DNA from: Vezdaea acicularis
Lineage: Eukaryota
Direction of reading: 5' to 3'
DNA: 20,000 bases
NCBI GenBank assembly: GCA_026025075.1
Contig: JAPEUI010000039.1
Span: 112,725-132,724 of the forward strand
Each line of letters starts with the position of its first letter. Position 1 is the stretch's first letter. Shown piece after piece: positions 1-9,140 of this stretch. Under the pieces are notes generated by a model. The model was not told the origin of the DNA. It searched no databases and was given only the letters and a program-made list of their open reading frames with translations. The position numbers were made by a program, and so were the translations under genes.

Positions 1-369
1 AGCGAGGAGACCCTTAGTGCGGCAGTCGGGACCGAGAAGCTTGAAGAGTCTTTCGTGCGGACAAGTCTCGTTGCCTCACTCCATTCCGATCTTGTCTCGG
101 CTACGAATGCAACTCATACGCAGCGTGCGGAGATGGCAAGGCAGGAAACAGAAGTAGATAAGGTGCTGTTGCAGCTCCTGGCTGCAGAGTGCAGAGAAGG
201 CGAGGAGCGAGGGATGAAGGCGCTCGAGATTGTCGGTCTTATGCGGGATCGGACAGGGCGGATGCTAGAAGCGGCACAAAAGGTCGCGAGTAGATTTGGG
301 AGGAACGTCTTGGTGGAGAAGATAGATGAGCTGGGGAGAAGAAGACTCAGTGGGGAGGAAGAAGAGTAA
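1..369 (+). CDS. CTF4: 3' end (partial) of Ctf4/Mcl1/SepB-like replisome and chromosome-segregation protein, C-terminal helical domain
   Basis: Frame is open from base 1 (SEETLSAAVGTEKLEESFVRT...) to TAA at 367-369. The sequence E.DK.LLQLLA.ECREGEERGMKALE.V.LMRDR.G.MLEAA.KVA.R resembles the fungal SepB/Ctf4 C-terminus as I recall it; no search was run. Confidence 0.75.
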   Translation, partial: SEETLSAAVGTEKLEESFVRTSLVASLHSDLVSATNATHTQRAEMARQETEVDKVLLQLLAAECREGEERGMKALEIVGLMRDRTGRMLEAAQKVASRFGRNVLVEKIDELGRRRLSGEEEE

Positions 370-1137
370 AGCGTCCTTAAGATATGATGAGTATTCGGTT
401 GATGATGATAAATGATTAGCGAATTCATTGGACACCGGACGAGCATTAAGGGGACGTTTTGTTAAAATAATGGCGTCTCCAAGGGGCTTTCTTTGAATGC
501 GGTGCGCCATAGTCAAGCGTAGTGCTCCTAAAACTCGATGTACTAAGCTTTCCCTCGACACCTTATTTGCAATACGACTCTTGTGGTGAAGCGTCACTGG
601 ACAAACAGAACGGACTATATAACAGGGGGCCCCCTGGTGTAGTGCGTGGGAGTCCATACGACTGAAGATCGCCCCCACAATGAGAAGCAACTCGTACAGG
701 GAGTGTTTACCTATGTAAGGAGAGATCGGCCACTTAATGAGGGCGCATGTATGCTACCAATTCGCCCATAGGGTAGGATGGCGTGCGTACGGCAAGTCGC
801 CAATATAACGAGGCGTCGCTAATGTAACGGGAGATTCGTCATGCACTGAAACGACATCCACGCAATAATGATTGTTCCCAGAAGGGGAGGCTTCCTGGTA
901 GACGATGCTCCAAGTTATTCAGGAGTATTAGAACGCCGAGGAGATCTACGGAAGTCTCATCGTTCAAGAATGTGGGTGTTGAGTACCATATATCCTCGAA
1001 ATCACCTCCCGTGACCGAGGCTCTCGAACTCAACGGATTCGGCCGCTCACTCCTGATTCTGGCGTACTTTATGGAGAAAAAAGCCAAGACATACTGCTCA
1101 CTGGCACTAACGGCTTGCGCTCCCCGGAAGGTAGTCT

Positions 1138-2294
1138 TCAAGTCGGACCCGCATCATCCACGATGGCAGTTTCCTCCTCCAAAGACTTGTCCCGCCCTCT
1201 GTAACGGAAGAATTGGACGAAGATTGCGAGATCCAATAACAGAGTTCCCAGACTCCCAAGAATCCAGCTCAAATTGACCAATATATAGCGGCCGTAGATT
1301 GCTGCAGCCTCACCTTCTCTGCAATGTCTCAGATGCCTGCATTTGGGAGAGAATGCTGCAATAGAGAGGACATAAGTCAGGTTTCCAACGCACGCAAAGA
1401 GGAAAAAGAGAATCGCAATTCCTTCTGTAGATTTGCGGCGATAATTGAGCAAAAGCTGTGGTATCCGGCTTCCGAGGTATAAAATAGCACATATGTATCC
1501 GAAAATCTGACCCCATACGCTGAAAGCAAGCTTGGATTCTTGGTCCTCCTGTATATGGCGCCCACCGTCTTTTCCATTGTATTTGTTCGCAAACTTATTA
1601 CTTAACCACCACCCTAGCACGCCTGCTATGCATACAACGACTATGGAAAGGATATTAAGGAATATCGCTTTTATCACAGAGGTAGACTTGAAATTTCCAC
1701 TGGCCGGAATGTCTAATGGCTTGGGATCATCTAACAAGGGTGTAACGGGCGATAAATGCGTGCCGTCTACATTTTGTGAACTTATAAATGATGACCGTGA
1801 TAATCTTCGATCATGTTCAGGGCGATGTAGAAGTGTGGAAGCCTCTGTCTCAACATCTGCCTGGTTCTCAGATCCCAAGGCCTTGTCGGACCATGTAAAT
1901 CCTCGATAGTAAAAGCATTGGCCAAGTAGTATGACATCCGCAATCGTGTAATAAACGGCCAATATGATCTATCTCATGTCAGTCCAGAAGATTTCCAATG
2001 TGGCCGGATGAGACATACCATAGTGGGAAGCACCCCCTGAAAGACACAGCCAATGACATTGGCAAAGTCACCTGCGAGCCAGGCAATTAGAAAGAGCAAG
2101 GATAGGCCGTCCGCGGATCCACGCCGCCAATTTTCTAGAACTTGTGGGGAGAAGACGACTATCCAGCATGCAATAGAAATAGAGCTATGACTCTCAGTAG
2201 GGATCCCCTAATTTGAAAATTACGTCTGTGCTTACCCTAATATTCCACTGATACCCTCAACGCTAAGGTCTAGATCCTGTACAGGAGGAATCAT
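1138..2294 (-). CDS. PQ-loop repeat vacuolar/lysosomal cationic amino-acid transporter (Ypq1/Rtc2/PQLC2 family), ~351 aa, 3 exons
   Basis: Exons 2294-2236, 2184-2019, 1968-1138; introns GTAAGC..TAG (51 nt) and GTATGT..TAG (50 nt) keep the frame. Two PQ motifs are present (ACWIVVFSPQVLENWRRGSADGLS and YLGSRIPQLLLNYRRKSTEGIA), with about 7 hydrophobic segments. Confidence 0.92.
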
Positions 2295-3494
2295 AACGAC
2301 TTCGGAGTCTCCTTGGAGTACAGTTGTGCCCCAGCGCAAAGAAATGGCTTCTGAGTAAAGCTCCTATGTACAAAGAACGATAGCGTCACTAGGTAGTTCA
2401 CGCGGGAAATCTGATTGTCGCTGGAGCAAATCTAGGACTGTGCCTATACCTGAGGGCTTTGTATATACTGTATACTGCCAAAAAAGAGAGATATGAGTCT
2501 TCTACACGGTCTAGAACCATCTTGAAATGCTCAGTCCGAAGCCTTTTAAGCCCGCAAGTTTAACTACCCCGCTAGGCGCAAAAATTTCGTCGGCTATTGC
2601 CCCACTACGTAATGGCTTGCTCCCCACCAACGCCAAGTACCATGTGAGAAAAGAGCAAAAAGCTCCAATTCAGCCATCAAAAGCAGGCGTAGCCTAAAGT
2701 CATTCAATCGAGACAGCTCCCAGTGTAAAGAGTCTAAAGCTGAGGTAGAATGTGTCCTGAATCCGTTCTACCCGTCCGTGACTTGAGCTTCGCTGACTTT
2801 GCGCCAAGCCCGATAAATGAGATCGCGGGGAAACACTAGGATATTGATCCCCAGTATTCAATAGCACGTAGACATCCACTGAGTATTAAGAGATGTCTAT
2901 TCTTCTTTGGCGTCTATAGCTCCTACTCTGCGTGACGCCTGCGCCCATTCTGTCCTGAGATTAATCTGTTGCCTGCTTGTACACGCACATCTCGCACTTC
3001 CGTAGTCTGACATGGTTGGTCGGATTGTGGTTAAGGTCTGTAATGGTCGGATCCCAGTCCTTCTGATCCTTCTGGTGCGTACATGATGCGTGTATGTTCG
3101 GGGGGACTGTTATGATTCGGAGAGGGTTTGAATGGGATGAGTATTCAGCTACTTCCGAACCACGGATGTCTGCTCGTGTTGTGGTGTCGTCGTTGTACCT
3201 CGAACTCATACTCGTCATCATTTCATGGTCTGAGATGTCGCCATAATTGCCACATTTGACCCGCTGTGATTGACAACGATCATAGGTACGCCCGGCTTGT
3301 AAGCTTGAGTTTTAATGAGCTTTACGTACAACTTGGCTGCTGTCCACCATCTCGCAACGGCGCCAAGGCGGTGTACTAAATACTTCGACGAGATACATAA
3401 GATTTGTTGCTTCAATCAACCTCACACGCCTTCCGCTAATTCCGGACAACTGCGTGCTGCCAAGCGGTTTGCTCAACAAAGAACGGTTTCGACA

Positions 3495-4485
3495 ATGGCA
3501 AACATTCCATCAATTAAGCTGAAAGATGGTAACTCCATCCCCTTGGTAAGTGATAATTAATTCATCCATCCTTAGTATTATTTGCGATTGACTTTAACCC
3601 CGCAGCTTGGTTTCGGGACTGGTACTGCATGGTATAAACCGGCTGGTGCCGGCCTTGACCAGACTCTGGTCGAGTCACTAAAGACAGCGATCAAGCTAGG
3701 ATATACACATCTTGATGGTGCTGAGAGTATGCCCTAACTTTCCATAGGAAATATGCTTTGCAAAACTAATTCAGAGCACAGCCTACGGCACGGAGCCGGA
3801 GCTTGGCCAGGCGATAAAGGATTCCGGGGTTCATCGCTCTTCACTTTTCGTAACGACAAAAGTATGGCAAGGCATGTCAGACATTCCCGCATCATTTGAA
3901 GATAGCTTAAAGAAGCTGCAATTGGAATATGTCGACTTGTACTTGATCCATGCGCCATATAAGTTCAATTCTGACACGGAGTTGCAAGCGGCCTGGAAGA
4001 ACATGGAAGCCATTAAGGCGTCCGGAAGGGCAAAGAGTATTGGTGTCAGCAACTATCTACCCGTCCATCTTAAGGCTACGCTTGCCACAGCTAAGGAGCC
4101 GCCGGCTATTAATCAGATCGAATTTCATCCATATCTACAGCATCCTCAGCTTCTAGTCTTCCAAAAAGAGCATGATATTGCAATCTCCGCCTACGGCCCT
4201 CTAACAGCAATAACAAAGGCCAAGCCGGGACCACTAGACAGTGTTTATGCGGAACTGGCGAAGAAATATGGTAAGACAGAGGGTGAAATTGCTTTGCGAT
4301 GGTGTATAGACCAGGGCATTGTCGCCATCACGACAACCGGCAAAGAAGACAGGATGAAGGAGTATTTGAATGCGCTCACTTTCAAGTTGACTGCAGAGGA
4401 AATCAAGGAGATCAGCACGAAAGGTTCAGAGAAGAACTTCCGCGGTTTCTGGAAGGCAAAATTCGCTGAGGATGATTGGGAGTGA
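3495..4485 (+). CDS. NADPH-dependent aldo-keto reductase (conjugated-polyketone/alpha-keto-amide reductase-like), ~291 aa, 3 exons
   Basis: Exons 3495-3545, 3606-3726, 3782-4485; introns GTAAGT..CAG (60 nt) and GTATGC..CAG (55 nt). AKR motifs: LGFGTGTAW, HLDGAETYGTE (catalytic D/Y), LFVTTK (K), DLYLIHAP (H), KSIGVSNY, INQIEFHPY. Start context is ACAATGG. Confidence 0.95.
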
Positions 4486-5688
4486 TTGGTCCGGTAGCCG
4501 CTATAAAGTGAGAACACTCGTACTGAATAACGTATGATGTTGTGTGGCTTTCTGTTTTCTCCTGAAATTACTAAGTGTGACCCTGGCGATCACCGGCTTC
4601 AGCTGGACACAGTATGGCCAGAATTGAGCGGAGCCACAATGTGCGCTGATGGAAAACGAGCTCACGCCTTCTCGTCTCTCGATTCATATCTTGCACTAAT
4701 CTTGTGCGACAGCCGATTACTAACGCTTTTCTGCTTGCAAAGACTGTTTTAGAGCTTTTGAAAAATCTTATATTCGGGACAGCTAGTCGTACCTACGTGG
4801 TTCCTTTGAGAGATTATTCAGAGGCCACCCAGTGAATGAGATATAGCTCATGAATTGAGGGGACCCTCCCGCAATATGATGTTGCACGTACAACAAAGAT
4901 GTTGCCCATATGACGGAAGTTTGCTCGTATAATGGGAGGAGGAACCGGTCATTATCCGCAAAACACCTTCAAGAGCTGGGCAGGGATTCATGGATAACGA
5001 ACGCGACATAACCCATACGTAGCTCCAAATGCAAGAAGGTGAATTCCAAATTCAAGCGGTGGAGGTACACATCTTTTCGCCCCCATCTTCATTACGAACC
5101 ATAGATCCATGAGTGACATCACGGAACGATCCTCGGGTGACCTCCTTGGCGGTGCGCCTCGCTAAGCCCCACAGACAACCGCTATCATTAGCTCCCGCAG
5201 ACCCGGGCCTCCGTAATAATGACCCACGCCTCTCTCCTGCAGCCCCCAAGATCATGCAGATACATGTTAGCCCAGTGAGAACTTTGCATGGCTGACACAT
5301 GAAACTTGAGGTGCAATGGGGGCTTTTGTTTTACATGTCTTCGGTTGGTGCGTCCAACGCCAACACGCTGGCTTCAGCTTTTGTGCGGCGTTCGGCGGAA
5401 GGCTTGGGCGTTGCGGTCATGGGATTGGGATATAGGCTGGAGGGATGCCACCTTGTATTGTATGAGATCTCTGGGGACAAAGCATATTCTGCGACTAGCC
5501 ACAAAGCATCCTCTAGAACTCATATGTTCCGGGAGTAATTGCCCAGCCAAATCTGCTCCCAGAATAGACACCCAGTCACTCATCAATCATCGGTAAATTA
5601 TTGATACCTACGATGAATCAAACCGGCAAAATAATTCTCCAGCCCAAACATATACCTTAGTCGACTCGATTATAAGCTCCTATCCTCG

Positions 5689-6720
5689 ATGTCCGGCTGG
5701 GCAGGCCTTTCGTTCGGGGCGAAACTCGGCATTGTACTAGCAGTATGTCTCGTCGGTATTATGGTAGTCATCGGCATTGTATTCACTCTCGGCAGAAGGC
5801 GCAGAGGTAGAATAAGGCAGCCAGATCATGAGGCGTTGACAACTGATACCGAGCTTGTTCACTCAGGAGAAGAAAACCCAGACTCCGAGTCACAAGGCCC
5901 ACACCAACGAGCCGTTGATTCCCACGGGGAGGAAGAAATACATCTAGAAGGAGATCCAAGACAGATGACGGAGCGGGATCCTACAGTAACAGCCTATGGA
6001 GCTCCGCCAAGACCCTTTACGATACCGAGAAAGCTGCCCGGGCAATTAAATCCTGAGGGGTACTCAAATGGTTTCCTAATCCCGAGAAAGGCGCCTGGAA
6101 GGCATAGGAGGTTCTGGGGCGCAGATCCAAGCCAGGTGCCAGAGAACATTCCTCCAATCACAAGACGAGAACGAAGTCTAAAGCGTTTTGTGATACCAAG
6201 GAAACTGCCTGGCTCCTCAAGATACGACACCGACTCAAGGCGACTCTCGCTCTCAAGAAGATTTTCTGTCCGCTCAGTCACAAGGCTATGGGAACCTGAT
6301 CCTGGCCAGATGCTTGGAGCGGCGCCTCCGCTTCCAGCTGAAAGACATAAGTACATTGCAAGAGATCTTGTGGTTCCAAGAGCAAGACCTAGGGGGTCAT
6401 GTCTGTCGCCACATAGTCCATTCGAAGCGCCCGGCCCGACACAGCCGGGGATAGTGGCTCCCCAAGAAGCTTCGTGGTTAGATCTGGACACAGCCCAGTC
6501 TGATATCGATCACACCGATGAATCTTATTCGAGCTTTTCGAATGAAGTCGCTGGTGCACTGCAATTGAGAGCAGAGGAACCGTTCTTGCTAAAGGAACAA
6601 GAAAGGTCTCGAGAAGAGGATGCTGGTCTCTCGGATGATTCGAGAAGAAGGCTTAAAGAGAGAATGAGGACTCTAAGAGATTCTTACAATTCACAAGGCC
6701 ACTTTGGACCGGTGTTCTAG
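5689..6720 (+). CDS. Hypothetical single-pass membrane protein, 343 aa: N-terminal TM anchor, then a disordered cytoplasmic tail with FxIPRKxPG repeats
   Basis: Intronless 1032-nt ATG..TAG ORF. A hydrophobic stretch (LGIVLAVCLVGIMVVIGIVFTLG) is followed by an RRRRGRIR positive-inside cluster. Peptide repeats are conserved at protein level despite synonymous differences. Confidence 0.8.
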   Translation: MSGWAGLSFGAKLGIVLAVCLVGIMVVIGIVFTLGRRRRGRIRQPDHEALTTDTELVHSGEENPDSESQGPHQRAVDSHGEEEIHLEGDPRQMTERDPTVTAYGAPPRPFTIPRKLPGQLNPEGYSNGFLIPRKAPGRHRRFWGADPSQVPENIPPITRRERSLKRFVIPRKLPGSSRYDTDSRRLSLSRRFSVRSVTRLWEPDPGQMLGAAPPLPAERHKYIARDLVVPRARPRGSCLSPHSPFEAPGPTQPGIVAPQEASWLDLDTAQSDIDHTDESYSSFSNEVAGALQLRAEEPFLLKEQERSREEDAGLSDDSRRRLKERMRTLRDSYNSQGHFGPVF

Positions 6721-6963
6721 ACATGAAAGTCTCGATATATTATCCTAATTCAATGGATGCGTGGCGGCGTAGTCATGGCGTGCTTTTCCTCTGCGAAGTT
6801 GCAATTTCTACCAAGTTGGGAATATTAGTTTGTAGCATACCTTCGGAACATATGATACCAGCTGAGCTATGTGCCCTTCAGCAAAGGCATAGGGGCAGTA
6901 CCACATATCCACTACTATGATATTCGAGGGGAGGTGCGGTGACCAGTACTAACAAATCTCTCC

Positions 6964-7586
6964 TTAGGGTTTGTCATCCTTTTCATAGGATTGCACACCC
7001 TTCCTGGTCTCCATAGGCCCTACATCGCCTTCCTCTACTTGCTCATTTGTCTCTGTCCCTTCTTTTCCATCAGAGCCATTCGCGAGCAGCCATCCAACGA
7101 TTTCATCCTTGCCAGCTCTTTCTGCCTCACTGCCGGCCATAAAGCCAGCCTTGTTCTTGATATCCGCATCCGCGCCATTCTGTGCCAGGAATTTGCAAGC
7201 GTCGAGATGTCCGTTCATTGAGGCCCAATGTAAGGCTGTGTTGCCAGCGGTGTTTTGCGCATTGAGCATTGCGAACCGTAGGTCGTCAGGACATACTGAG
7301 AGAATGTATTTCAAAATGTCTGAGCGATGATAAGCAACCAAGAAATTAGTCTTGGTACATATGCGACGTTCTTACCGAGGTACCCATTTGCGGCGGCCAT
7401 ATGCAGAGGTGTATTACCGTTGTTCGCATCTACTGCCGAAGCTATGAAATCATGTCCGGTGTGGCCATGCGTAGTGAAAAGGGTTTCAACTGAGGCCTTG
7501 AGCTCTTTCAAGTCACCTGTCCGAGAGAAGTAGAGAAGCTCATCCAAATCGTCCTCTGAAAGAACATGAGCGGGTGCTAAGCTCAT
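6964..7586 (-). CDS. YAR1: Yar1-like ankyrin-repeat protein (Rps3 chaperone family), ~188 aa, 2 coding exons
   Basis: Exons 7586-7376 and 7319-6964; the 56-nt intron (GTAAGA..ACTAAT..CAG) keeps the frame. Two ANK repeats (GNTPLHMAAANG, GNTALHWASMNGHL), an N-terminal LSEDDLDELLYFSRTGD typical of fungal Yar1, and an acidic tail. Confidence 0.85.
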
Positions 7587-8054
7587 TCTCTCTGTGCGTA
7601 GCTGCAGTGGGGAGAAATTTTGGATGTTAAGACGAGCCGGTATCGAACACTTACCAAGTAAAAGTTATGAGCTGCCAACCAATAACACTTTGTGGATATC
7701 AGAGAATTGTTCACCAACGACGATGGGCCGGTATGTTTCTCAAATTACTTTATTAAACTTTAAGCTTTATTTTTTTGAATTGCGACCAAAGGAAGATTCA
7801 ACAGCAAGTAAGTTAATGGTATGGTTATCTTGTTAATACTATAGCTTTCGATTCAGGAACATCAATAAGGGTGAATCGCATAATTATACAGTAGTCAAAC
7901 CTTTTCCTTTTAAAGAGAGGGATGAGGTTCTCAGGTTGAAAAGACTGAAAATATGCCCGTGAAAGCGAAGTGATCACGCCATGCCCTTCACCGAACATGA
8001 CACCTTTTGCTAGTAAAAAGCAATCCCAACGCCAGAAGTACGACATTTTCAATA

Positions 8055-8858
8055 TTAGTCCCTCAGCCATGCTCTCCGCTTCTCTTCTTTCTTTTCCCTC
8101 CTTTTCTCCTTGAACTGCTTTAGTTCTTTTTTCGTTAGCTTCTTGCCTGAACGCTCCGCCTTAAGACTCTTCCCGTCGTGACTGTTTGCTGCAGCGTCGA
8201 CGTCGAAGAACGCATTCATCTGCCGGCGGCTCTTATTCTCGTCATTGTAATTTTCTGGGGCGAGGGTCGCAGCCTGCCATTTGCCCGTAAAGCGGTTGAA
8301 TGTTCCAGTAGCGGCGTAGAGGTTGGCAGCGTCTGTTCCGGGAACTCCGGGGCCCGCTTCTTCCTGAGTTTCTTGAGCATAAGGAGCGGTTGGGTCGTAG
8401 TCTCCATGAATTGCAGGATCATATCCACCATGTAAAAGCCGTGAGGCCTGGTCTGCAACACCGCTCGTGCTACCTTCATCTGGATTTTCAGAGCCCGCAG
8501 CCTCAGGGACTCGTGGATTGGTCCAGGTAGATTGCCCTGTGAATCTGTTGTAGAATGCCCACGCCTGTGCATCGTTATCCCACCTTGGTTCCCAGCCGTC
8601 GTCCTCAACCTCAGTCGGTGGGGCCTCGGCGGGAAGAGGGGGCTGCTCTTCATGAGGCAGAGGCACTTCTGGTTTGGTTTGTCCGAGTTCTGAGCCTGTT
8701 TCTATCCGGTCATGACCAGCATCAGAAGTAGTCTTTGTGTCGGCCTCAGGAGAGACCTGCTCTTCATCTGTTGAGGTTTCCGCATGGCCTGTTGTGCCAT
8801 TCGTTCTAAGGTTGCTGGGTGATCCTGAAGGGCTCGCGGAAGATGTCTCGAACCCCAT
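8055..8858 (-). CDS. Fungal WW-domain protein with basic C-terminal coiled coil, ~267 aa
   Basis: First ATG is at 8858 (the ORF-track start at 8885 is TTG). WW domain GWEPRWDNDAQAWAFYNRFTGQSTWTNP follows a PPLP motif. The C-terminus is SRRQMNAFFDVDAAANSHDGKSLKAER...KKEEKRRAWLRD. Confidence 0.88.
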   Translation of the reverse strand: MGFETSSASPSGSPSNLRTNGTTGHAETSTDEEQVSPEADTKTTSDAGHDRIETGSELGQTKPEVPLPHEEQPPLPAEAPPTEVEDDGWEPRWDNDAQAWAFYNRFTGQSTWTNPRVPEAAGSENPDEGSTSGVADQASRLLHGGYDPAIHGDYDPTAPYAQETQEEAGPGVPGTDAANLYAATGTFNRFTGKWQAATLAPENYNDENKSRRQMNAFFDVDAAANSHDGKSLKAERSGKKLTKKELKQFKEKRREKKEEKRRAWLRD

Positions 8859-9140
8859 GCTACCTATTCCAAATCGACCAATCAAACGTGAAAATTATCG
8901 GAAAGATTCAGGACATCATAGTCTGGTGGGAGCAAGCATGCGTTCAAAGCCTCATGACAAAGACCATGGTTTGAGAATGGGCAGTGCGGGTGTGCTAAGC
9001 TTTTTGAGTTGCGCTAATCGCCAAGCTAGCCGCCTCGTAGCACTTCGGTTCAAACCTCAAAAGAAATATTAGAAGATGCGCCTAGTCGTGCGCCCCAGCC
9101 GTACAGAGTAGCAACTTCCTCATCCTTCCCCCTCTTGATC

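Noticed and set aside
616..900. TATATAA (616-622), a good-context CACAATG (680) and splice-like GTAAGG/GCAAGT sites suggesting a small plus-strand gene
   Set aside because: Every splice combination I tried hit a stop within ~25 codons, the branch and acceptor sites are poor, and no protein was recognisable.
839..1277. ~100-aa ORFs 839-1141(-) and 972-1277(+) at the PQ-loop gene 3' end
   Set aside because: They have non-ATG starts and no motifs, and are most likely 3'UTR or antisense chance ORFs.
2744..2899. Three short inverted repeats (GGTAGAA/TTCTACC, TATTGA/TCAATA, TAGACATC/GATGTCTA) in the divergent promoter
   Set aside because: Stems of 6-9 bp are near chance level, and there is no tRNA cloverleaf or convincing snoRNA box arrangement.
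4483..4497. Stop-codon readthrough giving a peroxisomal signal on the AKR
   Set aside because: The context is TGA-TTG (not TGA-CTA), and the extension LVR* is not a PTS1.
4534..5596. Several 60-96 aa ORFs and C/D-box-like words between the AKR and the orphan gene
   Set aside because: There is no coding signature or domain, and the box C matches are imperfect with no terminal stem.
7614..7637. RRPE-like GAAATTTT and PAC-like GACGAG upstream of YAR1
   Set aside because: The matches are imperfect and fall inside the predicted 5'UTR intron.
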